A stretch of DNA of 53,209 bases. It comes from Planctomycetia bacterium (lineage in GTDB: Bacteria > Planctomycetota > Planctomycetia > Pirellulales > PALSA-1355). Location of the stretch: NCBI GenBank assembly GCA_041497975.1, contig JBGQHN010000003.1, positions 1 through 53,209 of the forward strand, given 5' to 3'. The notes below the pieces were generated by a model. The model ran no database searches, was not told the DNA's origin, and saw only the letters and a program-made list of their open reading frames with translations. Shown piece by piece: positions 19,697-29,775 of this stretch; position 1 is the stretch's first letter, and each line of letters begins with the position of its first letter. The translations under genes were made by a program, and so were the position numbers.

Positions 19697-20626
19697 GTGA
19701 GAACATACAGGTTCACTGAACAATTTGAGACTGTAATTGACGTGGCATCCAAGTTGGCGCGGGCCGTGGATGCTGACGCGCTGTTGCTTCTGCTGGAGGG
19801 GCCCACCGACTGGGACCGGCTAAAGACACATGCGGGCGAAGAAAAGATCCTTGTCGCGGCCGACTTCGCTCCTCAGCTTGAAGGCGCCTCGGAGGCCGGC
19901 CTGGCCACGGTCGTGCTCAAAATGCCCGAGGCCCCGGTATATGAGAAATTGACGCAGGCATTGCTGGAAAGCGTGGCCGACGACATCCTCACGGCCGGAG
20001 CCCAGGTCGTGGCGCTCTACAGCGGTTTCGAAGCCGGCACGATTGACTCGATCAGCCTGATTCACCTGGGCGAACACCTGGGCCAGTTGACGGCCCGCGA
20101 TCTGCGCCAGCTCGAAACGCGCGTGCCACTGGACACGCTCAAGACGGTGGTCGACATGGCGGTGGAAGTTGGCCGCGAGGGCCGCGAAGGCAAACCGGTC
20201 GGAACCTTGTTTGTCGTGGGTGACTCGCGCAAGGTGCTCGCCAGCAGCCATCCGGCCGGCTTCGATCCAGTCCGCGGGTACAGCCGCAAGGAGCGCAATC
20301 TCGACGATCCGCGCGTCCGCGAGGGCATCAAGGAAATCGCGCAGTTGGACGGGGCGATCGTGGTCTCGGCCGAAGGCATCGTCGAAGCCTCGGCCCGCTA
20401 CATCGATGCTCCGGCCGACAACATCACGTTGCCCAAGGGTCTGGGCGCCCGGCATTGGGCGGCGGCGGCCATCAGCCGCAAGACCAATGCCGTGGCCGTG
20501 GCCGTCAGCGAGTCGAACGGCTCGGTGAGAATCTTTCAGAACGGCGAAGTCACGCTGCGCATCGAGCCGTTCCGCCGGCCAATGAAGTGGAAAGACTTCG
20601 AGTACGAACCACCCCCGGCCGAATGA
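19697..20626 (+). CDS. Diadenylate cyclase (DAC/DisA_N domain, DacZ-like architecture)
   Basis: EGREGKPVGTLF, KEIAQLDGA (DGA motif), GLGARHWAA, VSES; N-terminal regulatory domain. Confidence 0.87.
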   Translation: MRTYRFTEQFETVIDVASKLARAVDADALLLLLEGPTDWDRLKTHAGEEKILVAADFAPQLEGASEAGLATVVLKMPEAPVYEKLTQALLESVADDILTAGAQVVALYSGFEAGTIDSISLIHLGEHLGQLTARDLRQLETRVPLDTLKTVVDMAVEVGREGREGKPVGTLFVVGDSRKVLASSHPAGFDPVRGYSRKERNLDDPRVREGIKEIAQLDGAIVVSAEGIVEASARYIDAPADNITLPKGLGARHWAAAAISRKTNAVAVAVSESNGSVRIFQNGEVTLRIEPFRRPMKWKDFEYEPPPAE

Positions 20627-20661
20627 CGGACGCCGCGAGCGGGTTTGCGCGGAGCGCGCCG

Positions 20662-21357
20662 CTAAGCTTCCTTATCGCGCGGGATGTGTGGAGTCCCCAA
20701 GATCTCTTCCACGAGCTTTCGCGGCGCTCCAATGTCCAGCACGTGAACCGTGCCGATATAGCGCCTGGAGCCGGGCAGCAAAAAACCCGGCTTCCAGGCC
20801 ACGAACGTGCAGGTGTGTGCCGCTTCGATCGTGGATCGCGCCGGTTGACCCGTGTCGCAATCCAAACCGCTGGGCAAGTCGACGGCCAGAACCGGCACCT
20901 CGATTGCATTGATCCGCTCAATGGCCGCCGCCAGCTGCGGGCGTGGCTCGCCGGCAGCGCCGGTGCCCAGCAGCGCGTCGACGACCCAGGCAGCACCGGC
21001 GGCCTCCCGGTCGATATCGGCGGCCGTGGCACGCCGAATTGGCACGCCGCTCAAGTCCAGGATGCGAAAATTGACGGCCGCTTCGCCCCGCAGCGCCGCG
21101 GGATCGGCAAACACTAGGACACGAACGTCGTAGCCGCGCAGATCCAGGTGCCGCGCGATGACAAAGCCATCCCCGCCGTTGTTGCCCGAGCCACAACAGA
21201 TGACGACCGTTCCGGCAATGCCCAATTCGCATAGCGTATCAGCGACGCCGCGACCGGCGTTCTCCATCAGCGTCGCTGCCGCCATGCCATACTCCTCGAT
21301 CGCACGACGGTCGAGCTCGCGGGCTTGAGCGCGGGAAATCGTGATGGTGCTCATCAT
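20662..21357 (-). CDS. nnrE: NAD(P)H-hydrate epimerase (stand-alone YjeF_N)
   Basis: LMENAG, CGSGNNGGDG, VDALLGTG, AVDLPSG. Confidence 0.9.
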   Translation of the reverse strand: MMSTITISRAQARELDRRAIEEYGMAAATLMENAGRGVADTLCELGIAGTVVICCGSGNNGGDGFVIARHLDLRGYDVRVLVFADPAALRGEAAVNFRILDLSGVPIRRATAADIDREAAGAAWVVDALLGTGAAGEPRPQLAAAIERINAIEVPVLAVDLPSGLDCDTGQPARSTIEAAHTCTFVAWKPGFLLPGSRRYIGTVHVLDIGAPRKLVEEILGTPHIPRDKEA

Positions 21358-21765
21358 AGCGCCTGGCATGTCTTGGCCGCGGTCGTCGGCCACGACCGAG
21401 ACGGGTTTGACGGGCCCGATTCCATTATCCCGATAAACGGCGGCTTGGCCTACGTGCTATTGGCTTTTGTGAAGCCGCAAAAACAACGTGCGCGGCCAAG
21501 TCTTCGCACCCGTCACAAGCCGCACGGTTTGATCGCCGCAATGCCGTCACGACAGGCGTTTGCCGACCCTTCGGCAGTTAAATCACTTTTGGCACGTTCG
21601 GCGCGGAAACCGGCCCGATAGACCGAAAACAGCCAGTTTTTCCAGACACCGGCCGCCGCTGCCGCCGATCACTGTGTGCAGGCGGCCGGCCACGACATAC
21701 ATGTCGCTGGCCAGGTCGCGGTCAGTCATCGGTCAATTGTCGGTAACAGAGCGGAGGTTTTCACC

Positions 21766-21975
21766 ATGATAATTCGTTGCACGTTGTTAGCGGTTGTGGC
21801 GGCCGCGCAGCTTTTGGCGCCCTCCATCGTGTCGGCGCGGACTAACTTGACGCGGCGAGAAATCCGTCAAATGCCGATCATGGAACGTCCTTCGCGGCCG
21901 GGCCATTTCTACGGCAACACGGTCCGTCGCAACGCCGGGCGAAGCATTCAGCCCGTAGCGGCCGTCGAACAGTAA
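21766..21975 (+). CDS. Small secreted protein (69 aa)
   Basis: GGAGG RBS, signal peptide, ERPSRPGHFYGNTVRR core, followed by a terminator. Confidence 0.75.
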   Translation: MIIRCTLLAVVAAAQLLAPSIVSARTNLTRREIRQMPIMERPSRPGHFYGNTVRRNAGRSIQPVAAVEQ

Positions 21976-21979
21976 CACG

Positions 21980-22026
21980 AAAAAAACCGCCAGATCCTCG
22001 CAGGATCTGGCGGTTTTGTTTTTTTT
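21980..22026. terminator. Bidirectional intrinsic terminator
   Basis: Perfect 12-bp stem CCGCCAGATCCT-cgc-AGGATCTGGCGG flanked by an A-run and a T-run, between convergent genes. Confidence 0.92.
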
Positions 22027-22045
22027 CCGATCGTCTCGCAGCGAG

Positions 22046-23281
22046 TTAACCCGGCCAAAACCAGAAGGCGAAGGCCGTCGCGGCCGCTCCTTCGTAGAGC
22101 GCTGCCCGCAGACTGAGTGGAATCGGCTCAAGCAGATACGGAGCACAATTGCCCGGCCGGTAGTACCCCAAGGTATACATGCATTCGTTGGGCGGGTTGA
22201 GGCCCATCTTGTACGGCAACAGCGGCACGGACACGAAGAAGTGGCCGGCCGACATGAACGGCTGCAAGACTGGATTCCACGAGTGGCCATAACGCTCCAA
22301 CTGCACGTCTTCGAAGTACAGCGGTTTGTGGCACGTGCCGGTGGCCTTCCAGGCAAACGTGGTCGGTGCAAAATTCCGTCTGACAAACGTCGGCGCGTCG
22401 ATGTTCTCGCCCAGCTTGCAATCGCAAGGATAATCCTCGCCCTCGACACCTTCGATCACGAGTCCCACCACGATTTTTGTCATATCGCGACCTTGTAAAT
22501 CCCTGATCGCGCGTAAGCATACCGACTTGTAGTTTTTGCAGCCCATGTCGCCGGGCTCCGTGCTGATGCCTTCCCCCAGGTCGCCCGGTGGAGGCTGGTC
22601 GTCGGAAGGTGGCCTGGGAATGGGCTCATCGGCAAACGGGTCCGTGCTGGAGCGCAGCGGCTCTGGTCGACTGTCGGGCGGTTCCCTGTCGGCCGGCTCC
22701 TTGTCGCCCTGTACTCGGTCGCCCGGTGGCGCCGTCTCGCCGACCGTTTCCGACTTCACCCTGTCGTCGCTCTTTGCTCGCTCGTCGCTCACCGAATCGC
22801 CAAACGGGTCCGGCTCGCTGGAGCTGACTTGCATGACCAAATCGCGCAGCTTGGACCGCGGTGAACGCGTCGCGGGCTGACGCCTGATGGCCTGTACCAC
22901 CGCGGAATTCGCAGACAATCGCGCCGGCGGCGGACTGTCAGGCGTTTCCGTCGCTGCTGGCGTTTCTGTCGCTGCTGGCTTTTCTGTCGCTGCTGGCGTT
23001 TCTGTCGCTGCTGGCGTTTCCACCGCAGCCTTGATCGGGACTCCGCGAGTGTGCCACTTCAGTTTGCTGTTCGCGGGCGATGGCTTGGCAACTTCGCCGG
23101 CTTGTGCCGGCCGGCCAAGTCCCAGGCCGCCGACCAGGCACAGGGCCATCGCGGCTTGGAGGCCGCCACGGCAAAACGTTCGCGCGAGGCCCCCGGATAT
23201 TCTCCCGGCGGCCTCAATAGTTGTCGCCGGACGTGTACTGAGTACTGTAATTGGACGCTTCCTGCGTAATGGCAATGTCAT
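22046..23281 (-). CDS. Planctomycete-type secreted/membrane-anchored hypothetical protein
   Basis: Signal peptide, low-complexity linker, C-terminal [32 protein letters not shown] domain; start either 23281 (overlapping guaB) or 23149. Confidence 0.75.
   Translation of the reverse strand: MTLPLRRKRPITVLSTRPATTIEAAGRISGGLARTFCRGGLQAAMALCLVGGLGLGRPAQAGEVAKPSPANSKLKWHTRGVPIKAAVETPAATETPAATEKPAATETPAATETPDSPPPARLSANSAVVQAIRRQPATRSPRSKLRDLVMQVSSSEPDPFGDSVSDERAKSDDRVKSETVGETAPPGDRVQGDKEPADREPPDSRPEPLRSSTDPFADEPIPRPPSDDQPPPGDLGEGISTEPGDMGCKNYKSVCLRAIRDLQGRDMTKIVVGLVIEGVEGEDYPCDCKLGENIDAPTFVRRNFAPTTFAWKATGTCHKPLYFEDVQLERYGHSWNPVLQPFMSAGHFFVSVPLLPYKMGLNPPNECMYTLGYYRPGNCAPYLLEPIPLSLRAALYEGAAATAFAFWFWPG
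22941..23021. repeat. 18-bp coding tandem repeat, 4.5 copies
   Basis: GGCGTTTCYGTCGCTGCT units (one GGCTTT variant) at 22941, 22959, 22977, 22995 plus a half unit; encodes [12 protein letters not shown]. Confidence 0.93.
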
Positions 23282-24695
23282 GTGGATGACTCTCCCGTAC
23301 TCCGGCCGCGGAGATCTGAATGAAACGTGTGTTTTTGCGTAGCTGCTCGATGCTCTCGGTGCCGCAATAACCCATTCCGGCCCTCAGTCCGCCGACGAGC
23401 TGGTAGACGAAGCTACTGAGCGGTCCTTTGAATGGAACCCGGCCCTCAACTCCCTCCGGCACGAGCTTATCGGGCTTGCGTTCGGTGCCCCGCTGTCGAT
23501 AGCGTTCGCTCGAGCCTTGCATCATTGCGCCCAGCGACCCCATCCCGCGGTAAACCTTGAAGCTTCGGCCCTGGTACAAAATCTGTTCGCCGGGGCTTTC
23601 GGCCAGTCCGGCGAATAACCCGCCGATCATCACTACGTGCGCGCCGGCCGCCAGCGCCTTGGTCACATCACCCGAATATCGAATTCCGCCATCAGCGATC
23701 ACCGGCACGCCGGATTTTGAGGCAACTTGGGCGACTTCGTAAATGGCGGTAATTTGTGGAACCCCAACTCCGGATATGATTCTGGTTGTGCAAATCGAGC
23801 CGGGACCGATGCCGACCTTGACCGCGTCGGCGCCGGCCGCAATCAAGTCGCGCGCCGCGTCGGCTGTGGCGATATTGCCTGCGACCACTTCGATCTCCCA
23901 GCGTTTCTTCAGGTTCTTGACCGTTTCGATCACGTTGGCCGAATGGCCGTGTGCGCTGTCGACCAGCAGCACGTCGACGTCCTTTGCCAACAGACTTTCG
24001 GCTCGTTCGTAGTCGTGTACGCCGATAGCAGCGCCCACACGTAGCCTCCCTTGCGCATCTTTACATGCGTTCGGGAAGCGCTTCATCATGTCGATGTCTT
24101 TGATGGTAATCAGGCCGGTCAGATTGTATTTTTCGTCCACCAGCAAGAGTTTCTCGACCTTTTTTGTCATCAAAATCTTCTCAGCTTCCTCAAGCGTTAC
24201 GGTTCCCGTAGCCGTTACAAGGTTTTCATGGGTCATAACGTCGGCAATCTTGAGCCGCGTGTCTTCGAGAAACCGCAGGTCGCGGCGAGTAATGATGCCT
24301 ACCAGCTGGCGGGCCGTGGTGGTGATGGGCACGCCCGAAACGTTGTGCTGATCCATAACCTCTCGAGCCCGGCCGACGCTGGCATCGGGCGGTAGCGTCA
24401 CGGGGTCGGTGATGATGCCGTTTGCACTGCGTTTGACCTTGTCGACCTCTTCGGTTTGCCGATCGATGGACATGTTCTTGTGGATGACGCCTAGGCCCCC
24501 TTCCTGGGCCAAGGCGATGGCCATCTCATTTTCGGTCACGGTATCCATCGGTGAGCTGAGCAAGGGGATGTTCAGTCCGATCCTGCGCGTCAGCAGCGTG
24601 CTGACGTCGACTTCAGAAGGAACGACCGTGCTATAGCGCGGTTCCAAGAGTACGTCGTCGAAAGTGATGCCCAACGAAGCCAGCTTATTTTGCAT
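23214..24695 (-). CDS. guaB: IMP dehydrogenase
   Basis: [19 protein letters not shown] pair, [11 protein letters not shown] catalytic Cys, YRGMGS, PEGVEG. Confidence 0.97.
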   Translation of the reverse strand: MQNKLASLGITFDDVLLEPRYSTVVPSEVDVSTLLTRRIGLNIPLLSSPMDTVTENEMAIALAQEGGLGVIHKNMSIDRQTEEVDKVKRSANGIITDPVTLPPDASVGRAREVMDQHNVSGVPITTTARQLVGIITRRDLRFLEDTRLKIADVMTHENLVTATGTVTLEEAEKILMTKKVEKLLLVDEKYNLTGLITIKDIDMMKRFPNACKDAQGRLRVGAAIGVHDYERAESLLAKDVDVLLVDSAHGHSANVIETVKNLKKRWEIEVVAGNIATADAARDLIAAGADAVKVGIGPGSICTTRIISGVGVPQITAIYEVAQVASKSGVPVIADGGIRYSGDVTKALAAGAHVVMIGGLFAGLAESPGEQILYQGRSFKVYRGMGSLGAMMQGSSERYRQRGTERKPDKLVPEGVEGRVPFKGPLSSFVYQLVGGLRAGMGYCGTESIEQLRKNTRFIQISAAGVRESHPHDIAITQEASNYSTQYTSGDNY

Positions 24696-24728
24696 GGATC
24701 AGCTCTCCCTAATAGAAAAGAATCCGCG

Positions 24729-24757
24729 ATTATGGAGATCTGCGGCGAAATTAGCAA
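24729..24757 (-). promoter_or_regulatory. Sigma70-type promoter of guaB
   Basis: Minus strand TTGCTA-N17-CATAAT, with a GGGAGA RBS downstream. Confidence 0.6.
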
Positions 24758-24853
24758 CTTGCCCCGTCACGATGCCGCGCGTCTGCTGCGCTTGGCAGCC
24801 CCCGTCGTGTGGCGAAGTCGGGGACTGTAGCACGGAGTTGTTCAAAACGTGCG

Positions 24854-25654
24854 CTAGGGCTGCGGGTTGGGTGGCTCGGCTGTCGACGCGGCTGGCAGCG
24901 GAGGCGGCGGATCGGTCGTTGCGGTGGGCGCGTCCGAAGGCGAAGTCGCCCGCGAAGGCGGCTCGAGAAATGACGCGTTGAAGAATTCGGTCAAGTCGCG
25001 CTGTGACATCCAGTGGACCAGAAAATACAACATCATGAAACCGGTGACGACGACAGCCGCCACGATGCCCATCATCGCTGGCCGCTGCCACCCCGAGTCG
25101 CGGCTGGCGCGTCGTTTCGAACGAACTTGAAACGTCGCGGTCGTGGCCGAAGCAAATCCGTCGGTCGGGTCAATGTCCAGAGGCAGCACGTCGTCGACGG
25201 CGCTAGCGGTCTTGGCCTTCGAGGGAGACAACGTGCGGGCCGCTACCGCGGGTTTGGCGGCGTGCTTGGCCACCGGAGGGGCCACGGGCGTGGCCATTTG
25301 AATCGCGCTGGTGGCCGGCTGTGCCAAGGGCAGGTGTTTGCCCACCACAAGCGGCGATGCTTTTGGCACTGCGCCCATTTTCGCGCGCAACGCTTCATCG
25401 TACGCCGCCTTTTTCTCGGCGGTGAGCAGGCACAACCGGGCGGCGGCCAGTTCGTTCAAAATTTGCTGCGAGAGGGCCTGGTGCCGGCCCGATTGAAATG
25501 TGCGCACGTGGGCCATCTGCCGATCCGCCGCGTGATCGATGACGTCCACGTCGGTCTCAAAGAGCGCAATTCCCAAAAACCGGTAGTGATTCGGCGGCTG
25601 CTCGCTGGCCGGGATGCCCAGCCAGACATGATAGCCATTGAACGTATCGGCCAT
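24854..25654 (-). CDS. Hypothetical membrane protein with planctomycete J-like N-terminal domain
   Basis: FNGYHVWLGIP..QPPNHYRFLG..AARLCLL..KKAAYD, Pro/Ala linker, single TM helix. Confidence 0.75.
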   Translation of the reverse strand: MADTFNGYHVWLGIPASEQPPNHYRFLGIALFETDVDVIDHAADRQMAHVRTFQSGRHQALSQQILNELAAARLCLLTAEKKAAYDEALRAKMGAVPKASPLVVGKHLPLAQPATSAIQMATPVAPPVAKHAAKPAVAARTLSPSKAKTASAVDDVLPLDIDPTDGFASATTATFQVRSKRRASRDSGWQRPAMMGIVAAVVVTGFMMLYFLVHWMSQRDLTEFFNASFLEPPSRATSPSDAPTATTDPPPPLPAASTAEPPNPQP

Positions 25655-25911
25655 GAGGGCGCGACTCGCGGACAGGGAGACAGTGAGGCCCCCAAAAATA
25701 GGGAACATTATTATAAGGCATCGTGCGCGGCGTTCAAGCTTGCGCGAAGCCCATTGCGTGGCTTGAGCTTGTCTCGGTGCAAAGATCACTCGCGCCGAAG
25801 CTCAGCATACACTGCTCAGCAAACACTTGCCTGCGCTTGCGCGTGGGCTTCGCACGGCCACCGGGCAGGAAACGAAGGGCGTTGGGGCGTTCGGCGGTAG
25901 CGTGGCCCGTC

Positions 25912-26814
25912 TCAGCGGGCCCGTTTGGACCGACGTGCCCGCCGACCCCCCACGTCGCGAAACGAGTCGTCTAACTCGACGCCGTAGGCCACCAGCTCCA
26001 GCTTGCTGCGGCGCTCCATGCGCCCTTCACTGTCCAGCTTCTCGGAAGTTTGATGCACGACTTCGCCGGGAACGTCCGGGACGTGGACCGACCGGGTGGT
26101 CGTCGTGCCGCGGTCGTTCTTTTGCACAAGCTGAACGCGATAGGCCCTCTTCGGTTGGCCCAGCACCGGGTAGCTTTCGTTGAGTTTGACGACTTCGCTC
26201 AACGATTCTTGCGTCGGTTTGCCCTTGGCTACGTCGAAAGTCGTGCTGCGGCGCCGCAAAATGCGCGGCGTGGACCGGGACGAGTAGTGGATCAGGCTCA
26301 CCTCCTTGTTCGAGCCACCGAGAATCTCGATTTGCTCGGTTTCGCAGGCAATCTCCCGGCCGCTAACCGTGACGGTCTCTGCTTTGAGCGGTTTGATGGA
26401 TACCGTTTGGCCGACGCTCTCGCCGGCGTAACCCTGGCGAATGATTTGCGGCTGAGACGGGAAACGCTGGCCGGCCACTTCCACGGTGACTTCAACTTTT
26501 AACGTGACCTTTTCCGGGGTGATTTCTTCGACCGTGGTGGTATTGTCGGTGGTGCTGGAGTCGATCAGCTTTCCGTCGGGATCGAAGTTCTCGGTAACAA
26601 TGCGCACTTGCCGCCACGAGCCCTTGCCAAACCGACCCCACGCATGAGCCTGTTTGAGAACGCCCAAGTCGTCGGCGCAGAAACCGACGGAGCTCACGTT
26701 GATGCTGACCCAAGCCCACAGCAGGCAGCCGGCGAATCGTGTTCGAGGGTGCAACGGAGTAAACCCCACGCCATAAGCGCCCTTGGCCACGGTGGGCTTC
26801 GTCGGGCCCACCAC
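25912..26814 (-). CDS. Secreted hypothetical protein
   Basis: HAWGRFGKGSW, ETVTVSGREIAC and VPG motifs after a signal-like segment; start uncertain. Confidence 0.65.
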   Translation of the reverse strand: MVGPTKPTVAKGAYGVGFTPLHPRTRFAGCLLWAWVSINVSSVGFCADDLGVLKQAHAWGRFGKGSWRQVRIVTENFDPDGKLIDSSTTDNTTTVEEITPEKVTLKVEVTVEVAGQRFPSQPQIIRQGYAGESVGQTVSIKPLKAETVTVSGREIACETEQIEILGGSNKEVSLIHYSSRSTPRILRRRSTTFDVAKGKPTQESLSEVVKLNESYPVLGQPKRAYRVQLVQKNDRGTTTTRSVHVPDVPGEVVHQTSEKLDSEGRMERRSKLELVAYGVELDDSFRDVGGRRARRSKRAR

Positions 26815-26917
26815 CAGAATCGGCAGAAAACATGATAGCCGCGCGGGCGGGACATTGCACGTCCCGTGAGCCGCGAACTGGCAATTCTGGCCTGAAAAGT
26901 CGAATTTCTCGGCTTAA

Positions 26918-27445
26918 TCAACCGCCGCACGAGCTGCAACCGGCGGACGTTGTGCCGGCGGCCGTATGCACGCCCAGCGCCAAGAGCAGCGCACCGGCAC
27001 TGATTGCCACGTCGGCGACGTTGAAGATGCCCGTGCGCAAGGGTCCGACGCCCAAGTTGAGAAAATCGACGACCAGGCAATCGAAACGCACGCGATCGAT
27101 CAGGTTTCCCACGGCGCCGGACAGCAAGAGCAGGCACGCGGCGAAGGAAAGCAGCGAAACGCGCCGACGAAATAGCAGCGCGCCTGCGATTCCGACGGCA
27201 ATGACGCCGTTCAGGACAATCAGCACGCCCCACCGCCAGGTGCGTGGAAGTTGCCCGCCAAGTCCCAGAAACGCGCCCGGGTTTTCGGCATACTCCAGCC
27301 GCACCAGGTCGCCGCAGAAGCTACGGGGCGCTTGGCCCTTCAGCCGCGACATGGCGAAGTGCTTGGTAGCCTGGTCGCAACCAACGCAAGAAATGAGAAA
27401 GCCCAAGACCGCCAACCAGCACGCCGCGCGATATGCCGTGGTCAT
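26918..27445 (-). CDS. lspA: Lipoprotein signal peptidase II
   Basis: DQATK, NPGAFLG, GNLIDR, VVDFL, IFNVAD; AGGAG RBS. Confidence 0.92.
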   Translation of the reverse strand: MTTAYRAACWLAVLGFLISCVGCDQATKHFAMSRLKGQAPRSFCGDLVRLEYAENPGAFLGLGGQLPRTWRWGVLIVLNGVIAVGIAGALLFRRRVSLLSFAACLLLLSGAVGNLIDRVRFDCLVVDFLNLGVGPLRTGIFNVADVAISAGALLLALGVHTAAGTTSAGCSSCGG

Positions 27446-27560
27446 CAGAACTCCTGTTTTAGCTCGAGTCGCGAGCACGTCGGCGACGCACGTAAGGCTC
27501 CGGGTCGGCCTTCCTGACGAGCGGCCATTGGCGTCTCGCTCTCAGCGGGGATGGACCAGC

Positions 27561-27788
27561 TTAGCGGTCGCTGTGTTCGCGCCGGTCGGTCGAGGCCAGT
27601 CCGACTTCGGCCGCGGAAGGGAACGAGTCGTCGGCCACGGCCGTTTCCATGGCCTTGTCCGCCTTGAAATCGGCCCAGCCTCGCGCGAGCGTTGGTGCAC
27701 AACCAGGCGCCGCCAGGCATGCCAGGCCCACTAGCGCGGTCCAAAGCCGGCGATCGAGCTGAAGCGCCGCGCGGCAAGTGTCGTGCAT
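27561..27788 (-). CDS. Small putative lipoprotein
   Basis: Hydrophobic segment ending LAAPGC; DDSFPSAAEVGL motif. Confidence 0.6.
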   Translation of the reverse strand: MHDTCRAALQLDRRLWTALVGLACLAAPGCAPTLARGWADFKADKAMETAVADDSFPSAAEVGLASTDRREHSDR

Positions 27789-27872
27789 GCGAGATCGGAG
27801 TTCTGGAGTGCAGGTGATTGAGAACAAGCGTGCCACAACCGCTCGCAACCGACGCAGTCGAGTGGGCTTGGC

Positions 27873-28280
27873 CTATGGATGGATTTGCTTCAAAGACATC
27901 CATTCCTTAATGGTCTTGGGAGGCGGCGGCGGCTCGGGATGGAACAGCGATTGGAAAAAGCCCGGCTTTTCCTCCTGCGGTTTCTTGGCCCTTTCCATGC
28001 CGGTGGTGCCGCTCTTGCGAGTCGTGGTCTTTTTCGGCGTCAGCATGCTGGTCGTATTGCTCACCAATCGCTTCGTGCCGCTGCCCATCTTCGTGACGAC
28101 CTGCGGCGTCTTCAATATGCCGGCTTTGCCGGGAACATTCGATGTCTTTGCCGCGCTTTTCGATGAGTCGCTACCGAAACCGAACCAGCGGCCCAGCGTG
28201 GACTCTGAAGCCGCATGAGCAACGAGGGGACTGAACAACACAAGCGCCAGCACCAAGAAACCGGTTCGTGCGGTCCGCAT
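27873..28280 (-). CDS. Secreted basic hypothetical protein
   Basis: GAGGAG RBS, signal peptide ..VAHA|A, C-terminal EPPPPPKTIKEWM. Confidence 0.7.
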   Translation of the reverse strand: MRTARTGFLVLALVLFSPLVAHAASESTLGRWFGFGSDSSKSAAKTSNVPGKAGILKTPQVVTKMGSGTKRLVSNTTSMLTPKKTTTRKSGTTGMERAKKPQEEKPGFFQSLFHPEPPPPPKTIKEWMSLKQIHP

Positions 28281-28608
28281 CGGAAGAACTCCTCGGAAGT
28301 GACACCGCCCGACGAGGACAGCGGCTTTGGACCGTCGTAGCGGGCGGCGGAAGAATCGCAAAATCGCGCGAGCGCGTCCAGATGGGTTTTTGACTGCCCG
28401 GGTGCTCGAAAACGCCCAATCCGCAGCCTGGCCCGGGCCGCTCGTGGGCTCACGACCGGAAAAACCGCTGCAAAGCCTCTTAGGGCAAGCAACGTTCCTT
28501 GCAGGACTCGCCAGGTGGTCTTAGATTATGAAGGCGGATCGGACCGCAAGCGGCCTGCCCGGATCGCTGCAACTCGTCGTCTCATCTCACTTTTCTCGAT
28601 TTTGAGCC

Positions 28609-29418
28609 ATGCTCCAGCAGACCATCGGTTTTATCGGCGCGGGGCAAATGGCGCGGGCGCTGGCCGTCGGTTTCGTTAAGTCGGGGCTCGTGGCAGCCGA
28701 GCGAGTTCTGGCCGCCGACCCCTCGCAGCCGGCGCTGAAAGCATTCCAAAAGACGTTGCCCGGCGCGCGGACTTTCGCTGACAATGCTAGCGTGTCGCAA
28801 GGGGCCGACGTGCTGTTTTTGGCAACCAAACCACAGCAGCTTGCCGACGCTCTGGCACAATTGCAAGCCACCACGGGCGGCAAGCTTGTCGTATCGATTG
28901 CCGCCGGGGTGAAGTTGGACACTCTGGCCGCCTCGCTGGCGGGCGCGCGGTTGGTCCGCGTCATGCCGAATACGCCCTGCCTGATCGGACAAAGCGCCAG
29001 CGGCTATTGCCTGGGTCCAGGCGCCACGCCGGCCGACGGCCAGTTGGTCGCCCAACTTCTCAGCGCCGTGGGGCGTGCTTACGCAGTGGATGAAAAATTG
29101 CTCGACGCCGTGACCGGGCTTTCGGGCTCCGGACCGGCATTCGTCTATGTCATGATCGAAGCCTTGAGCGATGGCGGAGTGCGCATGGGCTTGCCGCGCG
29201 ACGTGGCTTTGGCGCTGGCCGCACAAACGGTCCGCGGCGCCGCGCAAATGGTTTTGGAAACCGGTGAACATCCCGGAGTGCTCAAAGATCGCGTAGCGAG
29301 TCCCGGTGGAACGACGATTGCCGGGCTGCAGGCCCTGGAATCCGGCGGGCTGCGCGGTACGCTGATGGCCGCGGTCGAAGCAGCTACTCGCAGATCGATT
29401 GAACTGGGTCAAGTATAA
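28609..29418 (+). CDS. proC: Pyrroline-5-carboxylate reductase
   Basis: GFIGAGQM, SIAAG, RVMPNTP, SGSGPAF, VASPGGTTIAG. Confidence 0.97.
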   Translation: MLQQTIGFIGAGQMARALAVGFVKSGLVAAERVLAADPSQPALKAFQKTLPGARTFADNASVSQGADVLFLATKPQQLADALAQLQATTGGKLVVSIAAGVKLDTLAASLAGARLVRVMPNTPCLIGQSASGYCLGPGATPADGQLVAQLLSAVGRAYAVDEKLLDAVTGLSGSGPAFVYVMIEALSDGGVRMGLPRDVALALAAQTVRGAAQMVLETGEHPGVLKDRVASPGGTTIAGLQALESGGLRGTLMAAVEAATRRSIELGQV

Positions 29419-29509
29419 TGAGGCGACGGCGAATGGTCGCGGGGCGCCGTGTCTGGCGGCCCGCGGTTCTCGACGGCGCATACGAGGGCGTGGATGGGGA
29501 ACAACTGAG

Positions 29510-29746
29510 ATGTCCATTTTCTGCGTGGTTGATGACAAACATATCCCCTTGTATCGAGTGATGTGGGTTGCCTCGACGCCGCACTTTTGCGGCGCCGACG
29601 ATTGCGAGCGCGAAGGACAGTATGAAATCCGGCTCGAGCAAGGCGAGTCGGTGTGGGCCAAGCAGCAGGAGCGCGACCAGATGTTACAGTCGCTCGAAAC
29701 CTGGCAAGGCGGCCTGGGTCCGCCGGAAGAAGAATGGGAATCCTGA
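29510..29746 (+). CDS. Small conserved hypothetical protein (78 aa)
   Basis: ATG 29510; DKHIPLYRVMW, PHFCGADDCEREG; coding-like codon usage. Confidence 0.75.
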   Translation: MSIFCVVDDKHIPLYRVMWVASTPHFCGADDCEREGQYEIRLEQGESVWAKQQERDQMLQSLETWQGGLGPPEEEWES

Positions 29747-29775
29747 AGCGGCTTTCCGCCGGGCAGGCACGCATG

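Noticed and set aside
21589-21605. Sigma54 promoter candidate TTGGCACG
   Set aside because: The -12 element reads GCGC rather than TTGC; too weak to call.
24696-24853. Purine riboswitch upstream of guaB (also looked upstream of guaA)
   Set aside because: No aptamer consensus seen, and the predicted promoter leaves a leader too short to hold one.
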